A stretch of DNA of 64,000 bases from Thermoanaerobaculia bacterium (GTDB taxonomy: Bacteria; Acidobacteriota; Thermoanaerobaculia; UBA5066): assembly GCA_963816185.1 (NCBI GenBank), contig CAWFJJ010000025.1, positions 384,001 to 448,000 of the forward strand. Direction: 5' to 3'. This document shows positions 1 to 9,230 of this stretch, piece by piece; the stretch's first letter is position 1, and every line of letters starts with the position of its first letter. The position numbers and the translations under genes are program-made. The notes beneath the pieces were generated by a model, which saw nothing but the letters and a program-made list of their open reading frames with translations, made no database searches and was not told where the DNA came from.

Positions 1-1374
1 CGCATCCAGATCAACTCCGTCGAGCTGTCGCCGCACGACCCGGCGACCGCGTACGTGGCGGCCACGATGTACAAGCACGACGACACGCGCCCGTATCTCT
101 ACAGGACGCGTGACTACGGCAGGACGTGGACGAAGATCGTGAGGGGCATCCCGGACGGCGCGTTCACGCGTGTGGTGCGCGAGGACCCCGTGCGCCGCGG
201 CCTTCTCTATGCCGGCACGGAGACCGGCCTCTATCTCTCGTTCGACGACGGCGCCTCGTGGCAGCCCTGTCAGCGGAATCTGCCGGTCGTGCCCGTCACG
301 GACCTCACGATCAAGGGAGGGGACCTCGTCGTCGCGACGCAGGGACGCGCGTTCTGGATCCTCGACGACCTCGCGCCGCTCGAGACGTGGAACGCCGACG
401 TCGAGAGGAAGGACCTCTACCTATTCCGCCCGAGCCCTGCCGTGCGATTCGGGTCCGGCGGCGGCTTCGGGAGCGCGGAAGCCGGGCCCCCTCGCGGCGT
501 CGGGCAGAACCCGCCCGTGGGCGCCCTCATTTCGTACTGGTTGAAGGACGCGCCCTCGAAGAAAGCGACCGCGAAAGATGCGGTCGTGATCGAGATCCTC
601 GACGGCGAGAAGGTGCTCCGCCGTTTCACGAGCGAGAAGCCCGCCGAGGAGAACGGCTCGGCCGAGGTCCGGAACGAAGACGCCGAAAAGCCTCTCGAGC
701 CGAAAGCCGGCCTCAACCGTTTCGCGTGGGATCTGCGCATGTGGAAGGCGTCGCTCGTTCCGAAGGCGATTCTCTGGGGCAGCAAGGACGGCCCGCGCGT
801 CGCGCCCGGCACGTATCAAGTGCGGCTGAGGAAGGGCGAGACGACTCTGACCGAGCCCCTCGAAGTGCGCGCGAACCCGAACCTCACGGTCTCCCCGGTC
901 GATCTGAAGAAGCAGGCTGATTTTCTCGCGGAGGCGCGCGACCGCCTCTCGGAGACGCACGAGACCGCGCTTTTGTGCCGCGACGTCGAGCGTCAGGCGA
1001 AGGAGGTCGCGGACCGGGCGGCGAAGCTCGGGAAGAAGGAGCCTCTCGGAGAGAAGGCGAAGGCGCTTTCCGAGAAGCTCTCGGCCCTCGAGGACAAGCT
1101 CGTGAACCCGAAGGTCAAGAGCGAGCAGGACGTCCTCAACTTCCCGCCGCAGCTCGACAATCAGTTCGTCGGCATCGCGAGCGTCGTCTCCTCGGGGGAG
1201 GCCGCCCCCTCGAAAGCCGCGGTCGCGTATTTCGAGGAGCTGAAGGGCCGTCTGGCCGACCTGAAGAAGCAGCTCAAGAGCGTCTTCGACACCGACCTCG
1301 CAGACTTCAACAAGACGGTTCAGGAACAGGGCATCCCGCCGGTCGCGGCGGTGCCCATGGGGAAGAAGAAATGA
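1..1374 (+). CDS. BNR/Asp-box (VPS10/sortilin-like) glycosyl hydrolase, 5' end outside the window
   Basis: Asp-box motifs (RTRDYGRTW, SFDDGASW), DLVVATQGRAFWILDD, GLNRFAWDL and a C-terminal coiled coil; frame open from the window edge. Confidence 0.8.
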   Translation, partial: RIQINSVELSPHDPATAYVAATMYKHDDTRPYLYRTRDYGRTWTKIVRGIPDGAFTRVVREDPVRRGLLYAGTETGLYLSFDDGASWQPCQRNLPVVPVTDLTIKGGDLVVATQGRAFWILDDLAPLETWNADVERKDLYLFRPSPAVRFGSGGGFGSAEAGPPRGVGQNPPVGALISYWLKDAPSKKATAKDAVVIEILDGEKVLRRFTSEKPAEENGSAEVRNEDAEKPLEPKAGLNRFAWDLRMWKASLVPKAILWGSKDGPRVAPGTYQVRLRKGETTLTEPLEVRANPNLTVSPVDLKKQADFLAEARDRLSETHETALLCRDVERQAKEVADRAAKLGKKEPLGEKAKALSEKLSALEDKLVNPKVKSEQDVLNFPPQLDNQFVGIASVVSSGEAAPSKAAVAYFEELKGRLADLKKQLKSVFDTDLADFNKTVQEQGIPPVAAVPMGKKK

Positions 1375-1397
1375 GACGGTCCGCATCGGAGGAGAAA

Positions 1398-1868
1398 ATG
1401 CAAATCACGTCGACCGCATTCGCGAACCACGGCTCGATCCCGTCGAAATACACGTGCGACGGCCCCGACCTCTCGCCCGCGCTCGCGTGGGTGGGCGCGC
1501 CGCCGGGGACGAAATCTTTCGCCCTCATCGTCGACGACCCCGACGCTCCCGATCCGGCCGCCCCGAAGATGACGTGGGTTCACTGGGTCCTCTACGACCT
1601 CCCGGCGTCGGCGACGGGACTTCCCGAGGCCGTCGCGGCGAAGGATCTCCCGAAGGGCGCTCTGGAAGGGACGAACGACTGGAAGCGAACCGGATATGGC
1701 GGCCCCTGTCCCCCGATCGGCCGCCATCGCTACTTCTTCAAGCTTTACGCCCTCGATGCCGTCCTTCCCGCACTCGGCAAGCCGACGAAAGCGAAGCTCG
1801 ACGAGGCGATGAAGGGCCACGTTCTGGCCGAGGCGCAGCTGATGGGGACGTACCAGAAGGCGAAGTAG
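1398..1868 (+). CDS. YbhB/YbcL family PEBP (Raf kinase inhibitor-like) protein
   Basis: DDPDAP, WVHW, GYGGPCPP and HRYFFKLYALD motifs; GGAG RBS before ATG 1398. Confidence 0.9.
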   Translation: MQITSTAFANHGSIPSKYTCDGPDLSPALAWVGAPPGTKSFALIVDDPDAPDPAAPKMTWVHWVLYDLPASATGLPEAVAAKDLPKGALEGTNDWKRTGYGGPCPPIGRHRYFFKLYALDAVLPALGKPTKAKLDEAMKGHVLAEAQLMGTYQKAK

Positions 1869-1871
1869 ACG

Positions 1872-2783
1872 GTGGAAGACCTCTCGCGGCGCGATACCTT
1901 GCGCGTCCTCGGGGCCACGGCCGCGGGAGCCTTTCTCGGCGCCTCCGGCGCGGGCGCGTTCCCCGAGCCGATCATCCGAGCGATCCCGTCGTCCGGCGAG
2001 CGGATCCCCGTCGTGGGTCTCGGGACCTTTTCGACGTTCAACGTGGGCCCGGCGGCGGCGGCGCGCGCGCCCCTCGAGGAGGTCCTTGCGCGGTTCGTGG
2101 AGAGGGGCGGGCGCGTCGTGGACTCCTCCCCGATGTACGGGCGATCCGAGGAGGTCGTCGGCGCGATCGCGGCGAAGCTGGGCTTGACGGAACGACTCTT
2201 TCTCGCGACGAAGGTCTGGACGCGCGGGCGCGAGGCCGGCCTTCGCCAGATCGAGGCGTCCGAGCGGCTTCTCGGAAAGAAACGCCTCGATCTCCTCCAG
2301 GTGCACAACCTGCTCGACCTCGGGACGCACCTCGCGACCCTTCGCGCGATGAAAGACGCGGGAGTCGTGCGCTACATCGGCGTCACGCACTACACATCGA
2401 GCGCGTATCCCGAGCTCGAGCGCGTCCTTCTCCGGGAGAAGCTGGACTTCCTCCAGGTGAACTACTCGCTCGCCGAGCGCGAGGCGGAGGGGCGGATTCT
2501 GCCGCTCGCGCGGGACAAAAGCGTCGCCGTTCTCGTGAACCGCCCGTTCGCGGGAGGCGAGGCCCTGAAGCGCGTCCTCTCGCGGCCCTTGCCCGCATGG
2601 GCCTCGGAATTCGACTGCACGTCCTGGCCGCAGTTCTTCCTGAAGTGGATTCTCTCCAACCCCGCCGTCACGTGCGCGATTCCCGCGACCAGCAAGCGCG
2701 CGCACCTCGACGACGATCTCGACGCGGCGTTCGGACGCCTGCCGGACGAGAAGCTCAGGCGCCGGATGGCCGACGTGATCTGA
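1872..2783 (+). CDS. Aldo/keto reductase with a Tat-like signal peptide
   Basis: SRRDTL twin-arginine motif; GLGT, DSSPMYG, ATKVW, LDLLQVHN. Confidence 0.85.
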   Translation: MEDLSRRDTLRVLGATAAGAFLGASGAGAFPEPIIRAIPSSGERIPVVGLGTFSTFNVGPAAAARAPLEEVLARFVERGGRVVDSSPMYGRSEEVVGAIAAKLGLTERLFLATKVWTRGREAGLRQIEASERLLGKKRLDLLQVHNLLDLGTHLATLRAMKDAGVVRYIGVTHYTSSAYPELERVLLREKLDFLQVNYSLAEREAEGRILPLARDKSVAVLVNRPFAGGEALKRVLSRPLPAWASEFDCTSWPQFFLKWILSNPAVTCAIPATSKRAHLDDDLDAAFGRLPDEKLRRRMADVI

Positions 2784-3708
2784 AGCCGGCCTCCAGACAG
2801 TCTCCGCGGGCAGCTTCCTTACGCTCCTCCATCTCCTCGAGGCTTTTCGGCCAGTCGCCGCGGAGAAGGCGCGAGAGGGACCGGTCCGCGAGGAGCTTGC
2901 CGCCCGTCTGGCACGCCGGGCAGTAGTTCGTCTCGTTGTCGGCGTAAACGATGCGCTGGACCTTCGTCCCACAGGCCGGGCACGGCTCGCCGTACTTGCC
3001 GTGAACGGCCATGTCGTCGCGGAACGCCGTCACCTTCTCGGGAAACTTCCCGCCGGCGTCCCGGCGCAGCCGCTCCGTCCAGTCGCGGAGCGTCTTCTTC
3101 GTCGCGTCGTGAAGGCGGGAGACCTCCTCGTCGGACAGCCGCGACGTGAGCGCGACGGGAGAAAGCCTCGCCGCGTGGAGGATCTCGTCGGAGTACGCGT
3201 TTCCAATGCCGGAGAAGAGCGTCGGATCCGTCAGGGCGCGCTTCAGAGTGTGGTTCTCGCCCCTGAGCCGCGCGGAAAAGGCCGCGCGCGTTGCTTCGAG
3301 AGGCTCGAGACCGCCGGGATCGAGCGCGGTGAGCGCCGCCTTCCCGGCGACGACCCGCACCCACGCGCGCTTCTTCGGACTCGCCTCGGTCAGAAGGAGA
3401 GATCCTGGATCGAAGTCGAGAGAAAGCAAGCCGATTTTCTTGGGAATGGGCACCAGGGGCGGCCTCCATTTGAGCCGCCCCGAGATCATGAGATGAAGAA
3501 CGAGAAAGAGATTTTCTTCGAAAGAAAATACGAGTCGCTTTCCGAGCCGTGAGACCGCCATGAGGCGCTTGCCTTCGACGGTCCGGACCGGAGGAGCCAC
3601 CGACCGCACGACGAATGGGCTCGCGAGGCGGACCTTCCTGAGGACCTCCCCCCTGACGAGGCGGTCGAGGTACTCGAGGTAGACAGTGATGTCCGGCAGT
3701 TCCGGCAT
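2755..3708 (-). CDS. Fpg/Nei family DNA glycosylase/AP lyase
   Basis: N-terminal MPELPD, HLMISG, H2TH motif SGIGNAYSDEIL, C-terminal Zn finger CPAC...YCPACQ. Confidence 0.88.
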   Translation of the reverse strand: MPELPDITVYLEYLDRLVRGEVLRKVRLASPFVVRSVAPPVRTVEGKRLMAVSRLGKRLVFSFEENLFLVLHLMISGRLKWRPPLVPIPKKIGLLSLDFDPGSLLLTEASPKKRAWVRVVAGKAALTALDPGGLEPLEATRAAFSARLRGENHTLKRALTDPTLFSGIGNAYSDEILHAARLSPVALTSRLSDEEVSRLHDATKKTLRDWTERLRRDAGGKFPEKVTAFRDDMAVHGKYGEPCPACGTKVQRIVYADNETNYCPACQTGGKLLADRSLSRLLRGDWPKSLEEMEERKEAARGDCLEAGFRSRRPSGA

Positions 3709-3726
3709 TCGAGGGAGAATAGGCCG

Positions 3727-5331
3727 ATGATGCGGACCTGCCGCAAGGCCGATTCCTCGGCGACCCCCTCCCACGGGCCGCGCACGCTGCCTCCGGAGCT
3801 GCTGTGCGCGGGGGCGAGGCGCCTCGGGATCATGGCGCTCCTCTCGGCGTTCGCGAGCGTGGGAATGGGCGTCGGCTCGCGGCTTCTCGGGGCGCGGCTC
3901 GGGCTGCCTCCACCTTCGGGAATCGTGCTCTTCGCGGAGATCGCGGCGGTCGCGGCCTCCCTCGGGATGTTCGCTCTCACGCGGCGCACGGAGCAAGACG
4001 CGGCCGAGCTGCTCGACCGCGGCCTCGTCTACGAGGTCGGGATGGGGTTTCTCATCGCCGTGACGTACCACTGCTGGCCGGCGCCGCCCGGCCAGATCCC
4101 GAAGGGATGGTCGCCCGTGGCCGTGTGGCTGATCGCGTTCGCGCTGCTCGTGCCGGCGACGCACGGCAAGAACGTCCTCGCCACCGTCGCCACCGCGCTC
4201 ATGGACCCGCTCGGCCTGACGGTGTCCTTCGCGCTCGGGAGCCCGTCCCCGCCCGCGGTCGTCGTGACGAGCATGTTCCTGCCGACCGCCATCGCGGCCG
4301 CCGCCGCGATCGTGGGCTCGCGCGTCGTGAGCGAGCTGTCCGAGCAGGCCGGCCGTGCGGAGGAGCTCGGGAGCTACCGTCTCGTCGAGCTGCTCGGCCA
4401 TGGCGGCATGGGAGAGGTGTGGCGCGCGGAGCACCGCATGCTGGCGCGCGACGCGGCGATCAAGCTCGTGCGCGGCGGTACCGACGCATCGGGGCGCGAG
4501 ATGATGGCGCGGTTCGAGCGCGAGGCGAAGGCCACGGCCGCGCTTCGGTCGCCGCACACCGTCCAGCTCTACGATTTCGGACGCTCCGACGACGGCGCGT
4601 TCTACTACGTGATGGAGCTCCTCGAAGGCTTCACGCTCGAGGAGATCGTCCGCCGCTTCGGACCTCTTCCGGCGGGGCGCGTCGTCCACCTCCTCCGGCA
4701 GGTCTGCCATTCGCTCGCCGAGGCGCACGCCGCAGGCCTCGTCCACCGCGACATCAAGCCCGGCAACATCTTCGTCGCCCGCTACGGCGGCGATCCCGAT
4801 TTCGTGAAGGTGCTCGACTTCGGCCTCGTGAAGACGCTCGCGGCTTCTGCCGCGGACCTCACGCAGGCCGGCCTCCTCGCGGGCACGCCCGCCTTCATGC
4901 CGCCGGAGATGGCGCTCGGGCGAGCCGTGGACGGCCGCACGGACCTCTACGCGCTCGGCGCCGTCGGATACACGCTTCTCACGGGCGTCCCGGTCTTCGA
5001 ACGGAAGACCGCCCTGGAGACGATCCACGATCACGCCTCGACGCCTCCGATTCCGCCCTCGAGGCGCGTCGCGACGCCGGTGCCAGCGGACCTCGAGCGC
5101 GTCATCCTCGACTGTCTCGCGAAGGAGCCGGACGAACGGCCCGAGAGCGCGCGGGCTCTCGACGCGCTGCTCGCCGCCATCGTCCTGCCGGAGCCCTGGA
5201 CGCGGGAGATGGCCGAACGGTGGTGGACCCGGAACGGGGCCGTGGCGATTCCCGTCAAGATTCCGGCACCGAGCTCGGAGAGCGACGCGGAAGGGACGCG
5301 CATCACGCCGCCGGCGGCCGCGGCCGGCTGA
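3727..5331 (+). CDS. Ser/Thr protein kinase with N-terminal multi-TM domain
   Basis: GHGGMGEV, AIK, HRDIKPGN, DFG, GTPAFMPPE; hydrophobic N-terminal helices; start uncertain. Confidence 0.88.
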   Translation: MMRTCRKADSSATPSHGPRTLPPELLCAGARRLGIMALLSAFASVGMGVGSRLLGARLGLPPPSGIVLFAEIAAVAASLGMFALTRRTEQDAAELLDRGLVYEVGMGFLIAVTYHCWPAPPGQIPKGWSPVAVWLIAFALLVPATHGKNVLATVATALMDPLGLTVSFALGSPSPPAVVVTSMFLPTAIAAAAAIVGSRVVSELSEQAGRAEELGSYRLVELLGHGGMGEVWRAEHRMLARDAAIKLVRGGTDASGREMMARFEREAKATAALRSPHTVQLYDFGRSDDGAFYYVMELLEGFTLEEIVRRFGPLPAGRVVHLLRQVCHSLAEAHAAGLVHRDIKPGNIFVARYGGDPDFVKVLDFGLVKTLAASAADLTQAGLLAGTPAFMPPEMALGRAVDGRTDLYALGAVGYTLLTGVPVFERKTALETIHDHASTPPIPPSRRVATPVPADLERVILDCLAKEPDERPESARALDALLAAIVLPEPWTREMAERWWTRNGAVAIPVKIPAPSSESDAEGTRITPPAAAAG

Positions 5332-5350
5332 GGCGCCGCAGAATCGGCTC

Positions 5351-6109
5351 ATGTGCGGCCGGTACTGGATCACGTCGCCCGCCGACGTCCTGATCTCTCG
5401 CTTTCGTGTTCCGGGGGAGGCGATTCCGCTTCGGCCGCGGTGGAATGCGGCGCCCGGACAGGACCTGCCGGTCATCCACGTCGGGGACAGGGGAGAGCGC
5501 CGTCTCGAGCCGATGCGTTGGGGACTCGTGCCCGGGTGGGCCTCGGATCCCGCGGACGCGGGCCGGCCGATCAACGCACGCGCCGAGACCGCCGCGGCGA
5601 AACCGAGCTTTCGCGAATCGTTCCGGCGGCGGCGCGCCCTCGTGCCCGCAGACGGCTTCTACGAGTGGAAGCGCTACGGCCACGTGGCGGTGCCGTCCGG
5701 ATTCCGGGTGAAGTCGAGAGAGCCGTTCGCGATCGCGGCCCTGTGGGACGAATGGCGCCCGCGGCAAGGGCCGCCGCTGCGGACGTTCGTGCTCCTCACG
5801 ACGGACGCGAACCCCGAAGTCGCGCGCGTGCACGACCGCATGCCAGTCATCCTCGAGCCGGGCGGGGAGGAGCTGTGGCTCGACCCCCGCGTCGAGGACC
5901 CGGCGTCGCTCGCGAAGGTGCTTCACCCATTTCCGGCGGGTGCCCTCGAGTCGTTCGACGTGTCGCCGCGGGTCAACTCGCCGGAGGTCGACGACCCGTC
6001 GGTCTTCGATCTCGCCGCGCCGCCCGCCGCGGAGCCGCCGAAGCGCGCGCAACCCGCACGGAAAATCCAGCGAACACTCTGGGAAAATGGAGACGACGAT
6101 GCCGCGTAG
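5351..6109 (+). CDS. SOS response-associated peptidase (SRAP/YedK/HMCES family)
   Basis: MCGRY N-terminus, WGLVP, INARAET, GFYEW, HDRMPVIL. Confidence 0.92.
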   Translation: MCGRYWITSPADVLISRFRVPGEAIPLRPRWNAAPGQDLPVIHVGDRGERRLEPMRWGLVPGWASDPADAGRPINARAETAAAKPSFRESFRRRRALVPADGFYEWKRYGHVAVPSGFRVKSREPFAIAALWDEWRPRQGPPLRTFVLLTTDANPEVARVHDRMPVILEPGGEELWLDPRVEDPASLAKVLHPFPAGALESFDVSPRVNSPEVDDPSVFDLAAPPAAEPPKRAQPARKIQRTLWENGDDDAA

Positions 6110-7460
6110 CCGCGTTGCCCGGGCGCTTCTCTGCTCGGCGCTCCTCGGGGGAGCCTCGGGTTGCGCCGGGTCACGCCCTCTTGCTTCGTCCGCGGCCCCG
6201 CCGCGGCTCGGCCGGGCCAAGATGAGCATCGTCGAGAACAGCTACGCGTGGGGCAACCGAGCCTTCAGCCGCCGTGACTGGCAAAGCGCGTCGGAAGCTT
6301 TTTCGCGCGTCTACTCGGCCAACCCGAAAGACGACATTGCGGTCTATCTCGCGGCGGCGGCCGGGGTGCGCGCCGGAAGGCCCGAGGCGGCTTTCGAGTG
6401 GCTTCAGCGCCTCTGGGAGATGGGAAGCTGCCTGACGCCGAGCCCGAAGTCCTTCGCCGCGATTCAGAGCAACGTGCGCTTCAAGGACGCGGACGCCATT
6501 CTTCGCGCCCAGGCCGCGAAAGAGCATCGCGCGGCCGTGGCGTTCACGGTGCCGGAAAAGGACCTCGTGCCGGAGAGCATTGCGTACGACCCCGTCGAGA
6601 AAGTCTTCTACATCTCGAGTCTCTGGAAACGAAAGATCGTCCGGGCGAAGCCCGGCGAGCCCGGAGCACCCGCCGCCGTCAGCGACTTCGTGGAGGAGGG
6701 CGCGGACTCTCTCGACGCCGTACTTGGAATCAAGGTGGACGCCAGGCGCCGCCGCCTGTGGGCCGTGAGCGGGGCCGAGCCGGAAATGAAGGGCTTCAGA
6801 ACCGAAACCTACGGGCGCTCGGCCCTCTACGAGTACGACCTCGTCTCGAAGAAGCTCGTGAGGAGGTTCGCCCTCCCGGGGCCGCCGACCCACCTCTTCA
6901 GCGACCTCGTCCTCGACGCGGCCGGCAGCGTCTACGTGACCGACGCCGAGTCGGCCGAGGTTCACGTTCTGAAGGCCGGCGAGGGAGAGCTGAGGACGCT
7001 CGTCCCGAAGGGCCCGTTCGTGGCGCCGAACGGCATCGCGCTGAGTGCGGACGGGAAACATCTCTACGTGGCCGACGTCGCGCAGGGCCTCTTCCACGTC
7101 GACCCGGCGACAGGCGAGGTCCAGTCGCTCGACCAGGCGCCGGGCATCTTCCCGGCGGGCCTCGACGGGCTCGTCACCCACGAGGGATCGATCATCGGGA
7201 TCATGAACGTCGTGAGTGCCGGGCGCGTCGTGCGCTGGCGGGTCGCGGCGGACGGCATGGCGCTCGAAGACGGAGAAGTGCTCGAGTGCGGGCACCCCAC
7301 GTTCCATCAGCCCACGAGGGGCGTCGTGGCGGACGGCGCGTTCTATTTCATTGCGAACAGCCAGTCCGACCAGATCGGGGATGGAGAGCTCGCTGTCGAA
7401 AAGCTCGAGGACGTCGTGATCCTCAAGCTGCCGCTCTCACGCCATAATCCCCGCCCATGA
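6099..7460 (+). CDS. Lipoprotein with TPR-like region and SMP-30/gluconolactonase-like beta-propeller
   Basis: Lipobox-like ASGC; PESIAYD, PNGIALSADGKHLYVAD, GLDGL. Confidence 0.7.
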   Translation: MPRSRVARALLCSALLGGASGCAGSRPLASSAAPPRLGRAKMSIVENSYAWGNRAFSRRDWQSASEAFSRVYSANPKDDIAVYLAAAAGVRAGRPEAAFEWLQRLWEMGSCLTPSPKSFAAIQSNVRFKDADAILRAQAAKEHRAAVAFTVPEKDLVPESIAYDPVEKVFYISSLWKRKIVRAKPGEPGAPAAVSDFVEEGADSLDAVLGIKVDARRRRLWAVSGAEPEMKGFRTETYGRSALYEYDLVSKKLVRRFALPGPPTHLFSDLVLDAAGSVYVTDAESAEVHVLKAGEGELRTLVPKGPFVAPNGIALSADGKHLYVADVAQGLFHVDPATGEVQSLDQAPGIFPAGLDGLVTHEGSIIGIMNVVSAGRVVRWRVAADGMALEDGEVLECGHPTFHQPTRGVVADGAFYFIANSQSDQIGDGELAVEKLEDVVILKLPLSRHNPRP

Positions 7461-7612
7461 AAAAGCTCATGTGGGTGATTCTCATTCTGGCTCTTGGCCT
7501 CGTCGCCGTCGTGGGAATCGCCGTCGCGGCTCTCGCCCTTCGCCGTCCTGCGTAGCGGCCGCCGTCGGCCGAGCGCATCGAACTCACCTCCGAGCACCTC
7601 GAGCGCGGCCGT
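7457..7612 (+). pseudogene. 5' fragment of a membrane-anchored protein (cytochrome c-like N-terminus) cut by the cassette array
   Basis: ATGA-coupled to the upstream stop; reads MKKLMWVILILALGLVAVVGIAVAALALRRPA*RPPSAERIELTSEHLERGR, with an in-frame TAG, then ends at a GTTGGGC core. Confidence 0.4.
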
Positions 7613-7646
7613 TGTTGGGCGGCCGGTAGTTACAGAGGCGCATCGC

Positions 7647-8120
7647 CTACAGCGCTTCTGCCAAGCGCTTCACGCCCTCAATGGTGCGCAATGCCCTGCG
7701 TGCCATGAGACGCCGTAGAAAGAGAGCGTTCAACACTCGCATCTTCCACCCAATTGGTTCGTAGTAAGCTTCAAGAACCACATCCGTCTCGAAATCCCCA
7801 TTCGGTACCAGGATACTGTCCACGACAAAGCCCCGCAACATCTTGCTGATTCCCCAGGTGTCTTCAGGAAAAGCCGTGGCGAATCGTTCGCCCGGGACGT
7901 AGTCGACGACCTCTTCAACACAACTGCCCTTCCTACCCTTCAGGACCGTGCATCGGTACTTCACGCCAGTCGCCCTCGTGCTCCGCCCTGATAGGAGATC
8001 AACCTCCCCGACCTCCGCATGGTACTTGGGAATCAGGGATATGTCGTCAACGATCGCCCATAGCCGGTCGCGCGAGGCCCTGATCCTCAACGATGTTCTC
8101 CACTGAAAGCGCCCTCTCAT
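7647..8120 (-). CDS. SRPBCC/polyketide cyclase family protein (cassette gene)
   Basis: IRASRDRLWAIVDDISLIPKY pattern typical of the SRPBCC N-terminus; 157 aa. Confidence 0.7.
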   Translation of the reverse strand: MRGRFQWRTSLRIRASRDRLWAIVDDISLIPKYHAEVGEVDLLSGRSTRATGVKYRCTVLKGRKGSCVEEVVDYVPGERFATAFPEDTWGISKMLRGFVVDSILVPNGDFETDVVLEAYYEPIGWKMRVLNALFLRRLMARRALRTIEGVKRLAEAL

Positions 8121-8185
8121 CTCAGAGTTCCGTCCGCTTCATGAGTGCCTTGTCCGCAGTTTGCAGCCGTCACTAACGATCCTGC

Positions 8186-8572
8186 TCATTGGCCCTGAGG
8201 CGGCTGCCATAGCTCGACCTTGTTTCCCTCTAGATCAATGACCCAGGCAAACTTCCCATACTCGGATTCGTCAATCTTCTCGAGCACTTTGCAGCCTTCT
8301 TCCTTCAAGACCTTGACCAAGGCGTGGAGGTCTTCCACTCGGTAGTTGACCATGAAGGGAGCAGGGCTCGGAGCAAAGTGATCACTTTCTTCCGGATCGA
8401 TGAGCCAGGCAGTTGTACCCGCAACTGGTTTGCCCTCGGCGTCGGTCCAAGTGAAGGCAGCGCCGCCCCAGCCTTGGACATCGATTCCCAAGTGCCGCTT
8501 GTACCAGGCCTGCAGTGATGGAGCGTCTTTGGCCTTAAAGAAGATGCCGCCGATGCCAGTGACTCGTGTCAT
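8186..8572 (-). CDS. VOC/glyoxalase family protein (cassette gene)
   Basis: RVTGIGGIFFKAKD, MVNYRVEDL, YGKFAWVIDLEGNKVELWQP. Confidence 0.9.
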   Translation of the reverse strand: MTRVTGIGGIFFKAKDAPSLQAWYKRHLGIDVQGWGGAAFTWTDAEGKPVAGTTAWLIDPEESDHFAPSPAPFMVNYRVEDLHALVKVLKEEGCKVLEKIDESEYGKFAWVIDLEGNKVELWQPPQGQ

Positions 8573-8618
8573 GTGACCTCCGGTGCGCGGTGGTGGTAAA
8601 AAGAATGTGCCTTCTGCG

Positions 8619-8697
8619 GTTTAACGATTCAAGCTCAGCGGCGAGGAAAAAGGAGCGCAGCGTCTGACGACGAGCCCATTGAAGCGCGTTGTTAGGT
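8619..8697 (-). other. attC recombination site (79 bp)
   Basis: Minus strand ACCTAAC-AACGC-GCTTCAATGG...CCGCTGAGC-TTGAATC-GTTAAAC, giving R''/L''/L'/R' with an extra base in L''. Confidence 0.8.
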
Positions 8698-8726
8698 GGC
8701 GACCGGGGTAAATGTTGGGCCTGAGC

Positions 8727-9071
8727 TCACTGGTGCCTGACGATATCGACTGAGATCTCCACCGCCCGCGTCGTTCCTCTATTCTCAAGCCAATGCGTGG
8801 TGTTCTTATCCTCGGGCCAGCCCACTCCCGGCCCATACTCCTTAGCCACTTCTTTCCGATGGTCAGTGATCGTTCCTTGCAGTATGTAGACCATGCCCGG
8901 CCTGTCTTTATGTTCGTGAATCGGGCCGAAGACGCCTCCAGGTTCGATGGTCACCATGCGCATTCGAAGTTGGCGCCCTGCCATGCCCTCGATTTCGGGG
9001 CCAAGGTCAAGCGCTGCTAGTAGCTTCACCGTAACACCTTTCGTCTCAGGTGCCACCTGCTCGTTTCGAAT
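8727..9071 (-). CDS. Cupin domain protein (cassette gene)
   Basis: TIEPGG..HEHKDRPG..YILQGTI..HWLEN; AAAGGAG SD lies 6 nt before an in-frame ATT at 9071 (alternative GTG at 9056). Confidence 0.8.
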   Translation of the reverse strand: MRNEQVAPETKGVTVKLLAALDLGPEIEGMAGRQLRMRMVTIEPGGVFGPIHEHKDRPGMVYILQGTITDHRKEVAKEYGPGVGWPEDKNTTHWLENRGTTRAVEISVDIVRHQ

Positions 9072-9230
9072 CGTCGTCTCCTTTCTGTACGTTCTGGTCG
9101 CCTAACGATATCGTTTCAATGAAGACGAGAAAAGGGCTGTCCTCGCCGACGTGGTCACCGAAGAATCGGGCCACACAGTTTAACGGGGTCAACCTCCGAG
9201 GAGGTGCCCCAAGCAAGGGAGGACAGCCCG

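Noticed and set aside
2755-5574. 939-aa ORF as a large Fpg fusion
   Set aside because: Only the part from MPELP (3708) is Fpg-like and needs Pro2 at the N-terminus; the rest is antisense to the kinase.
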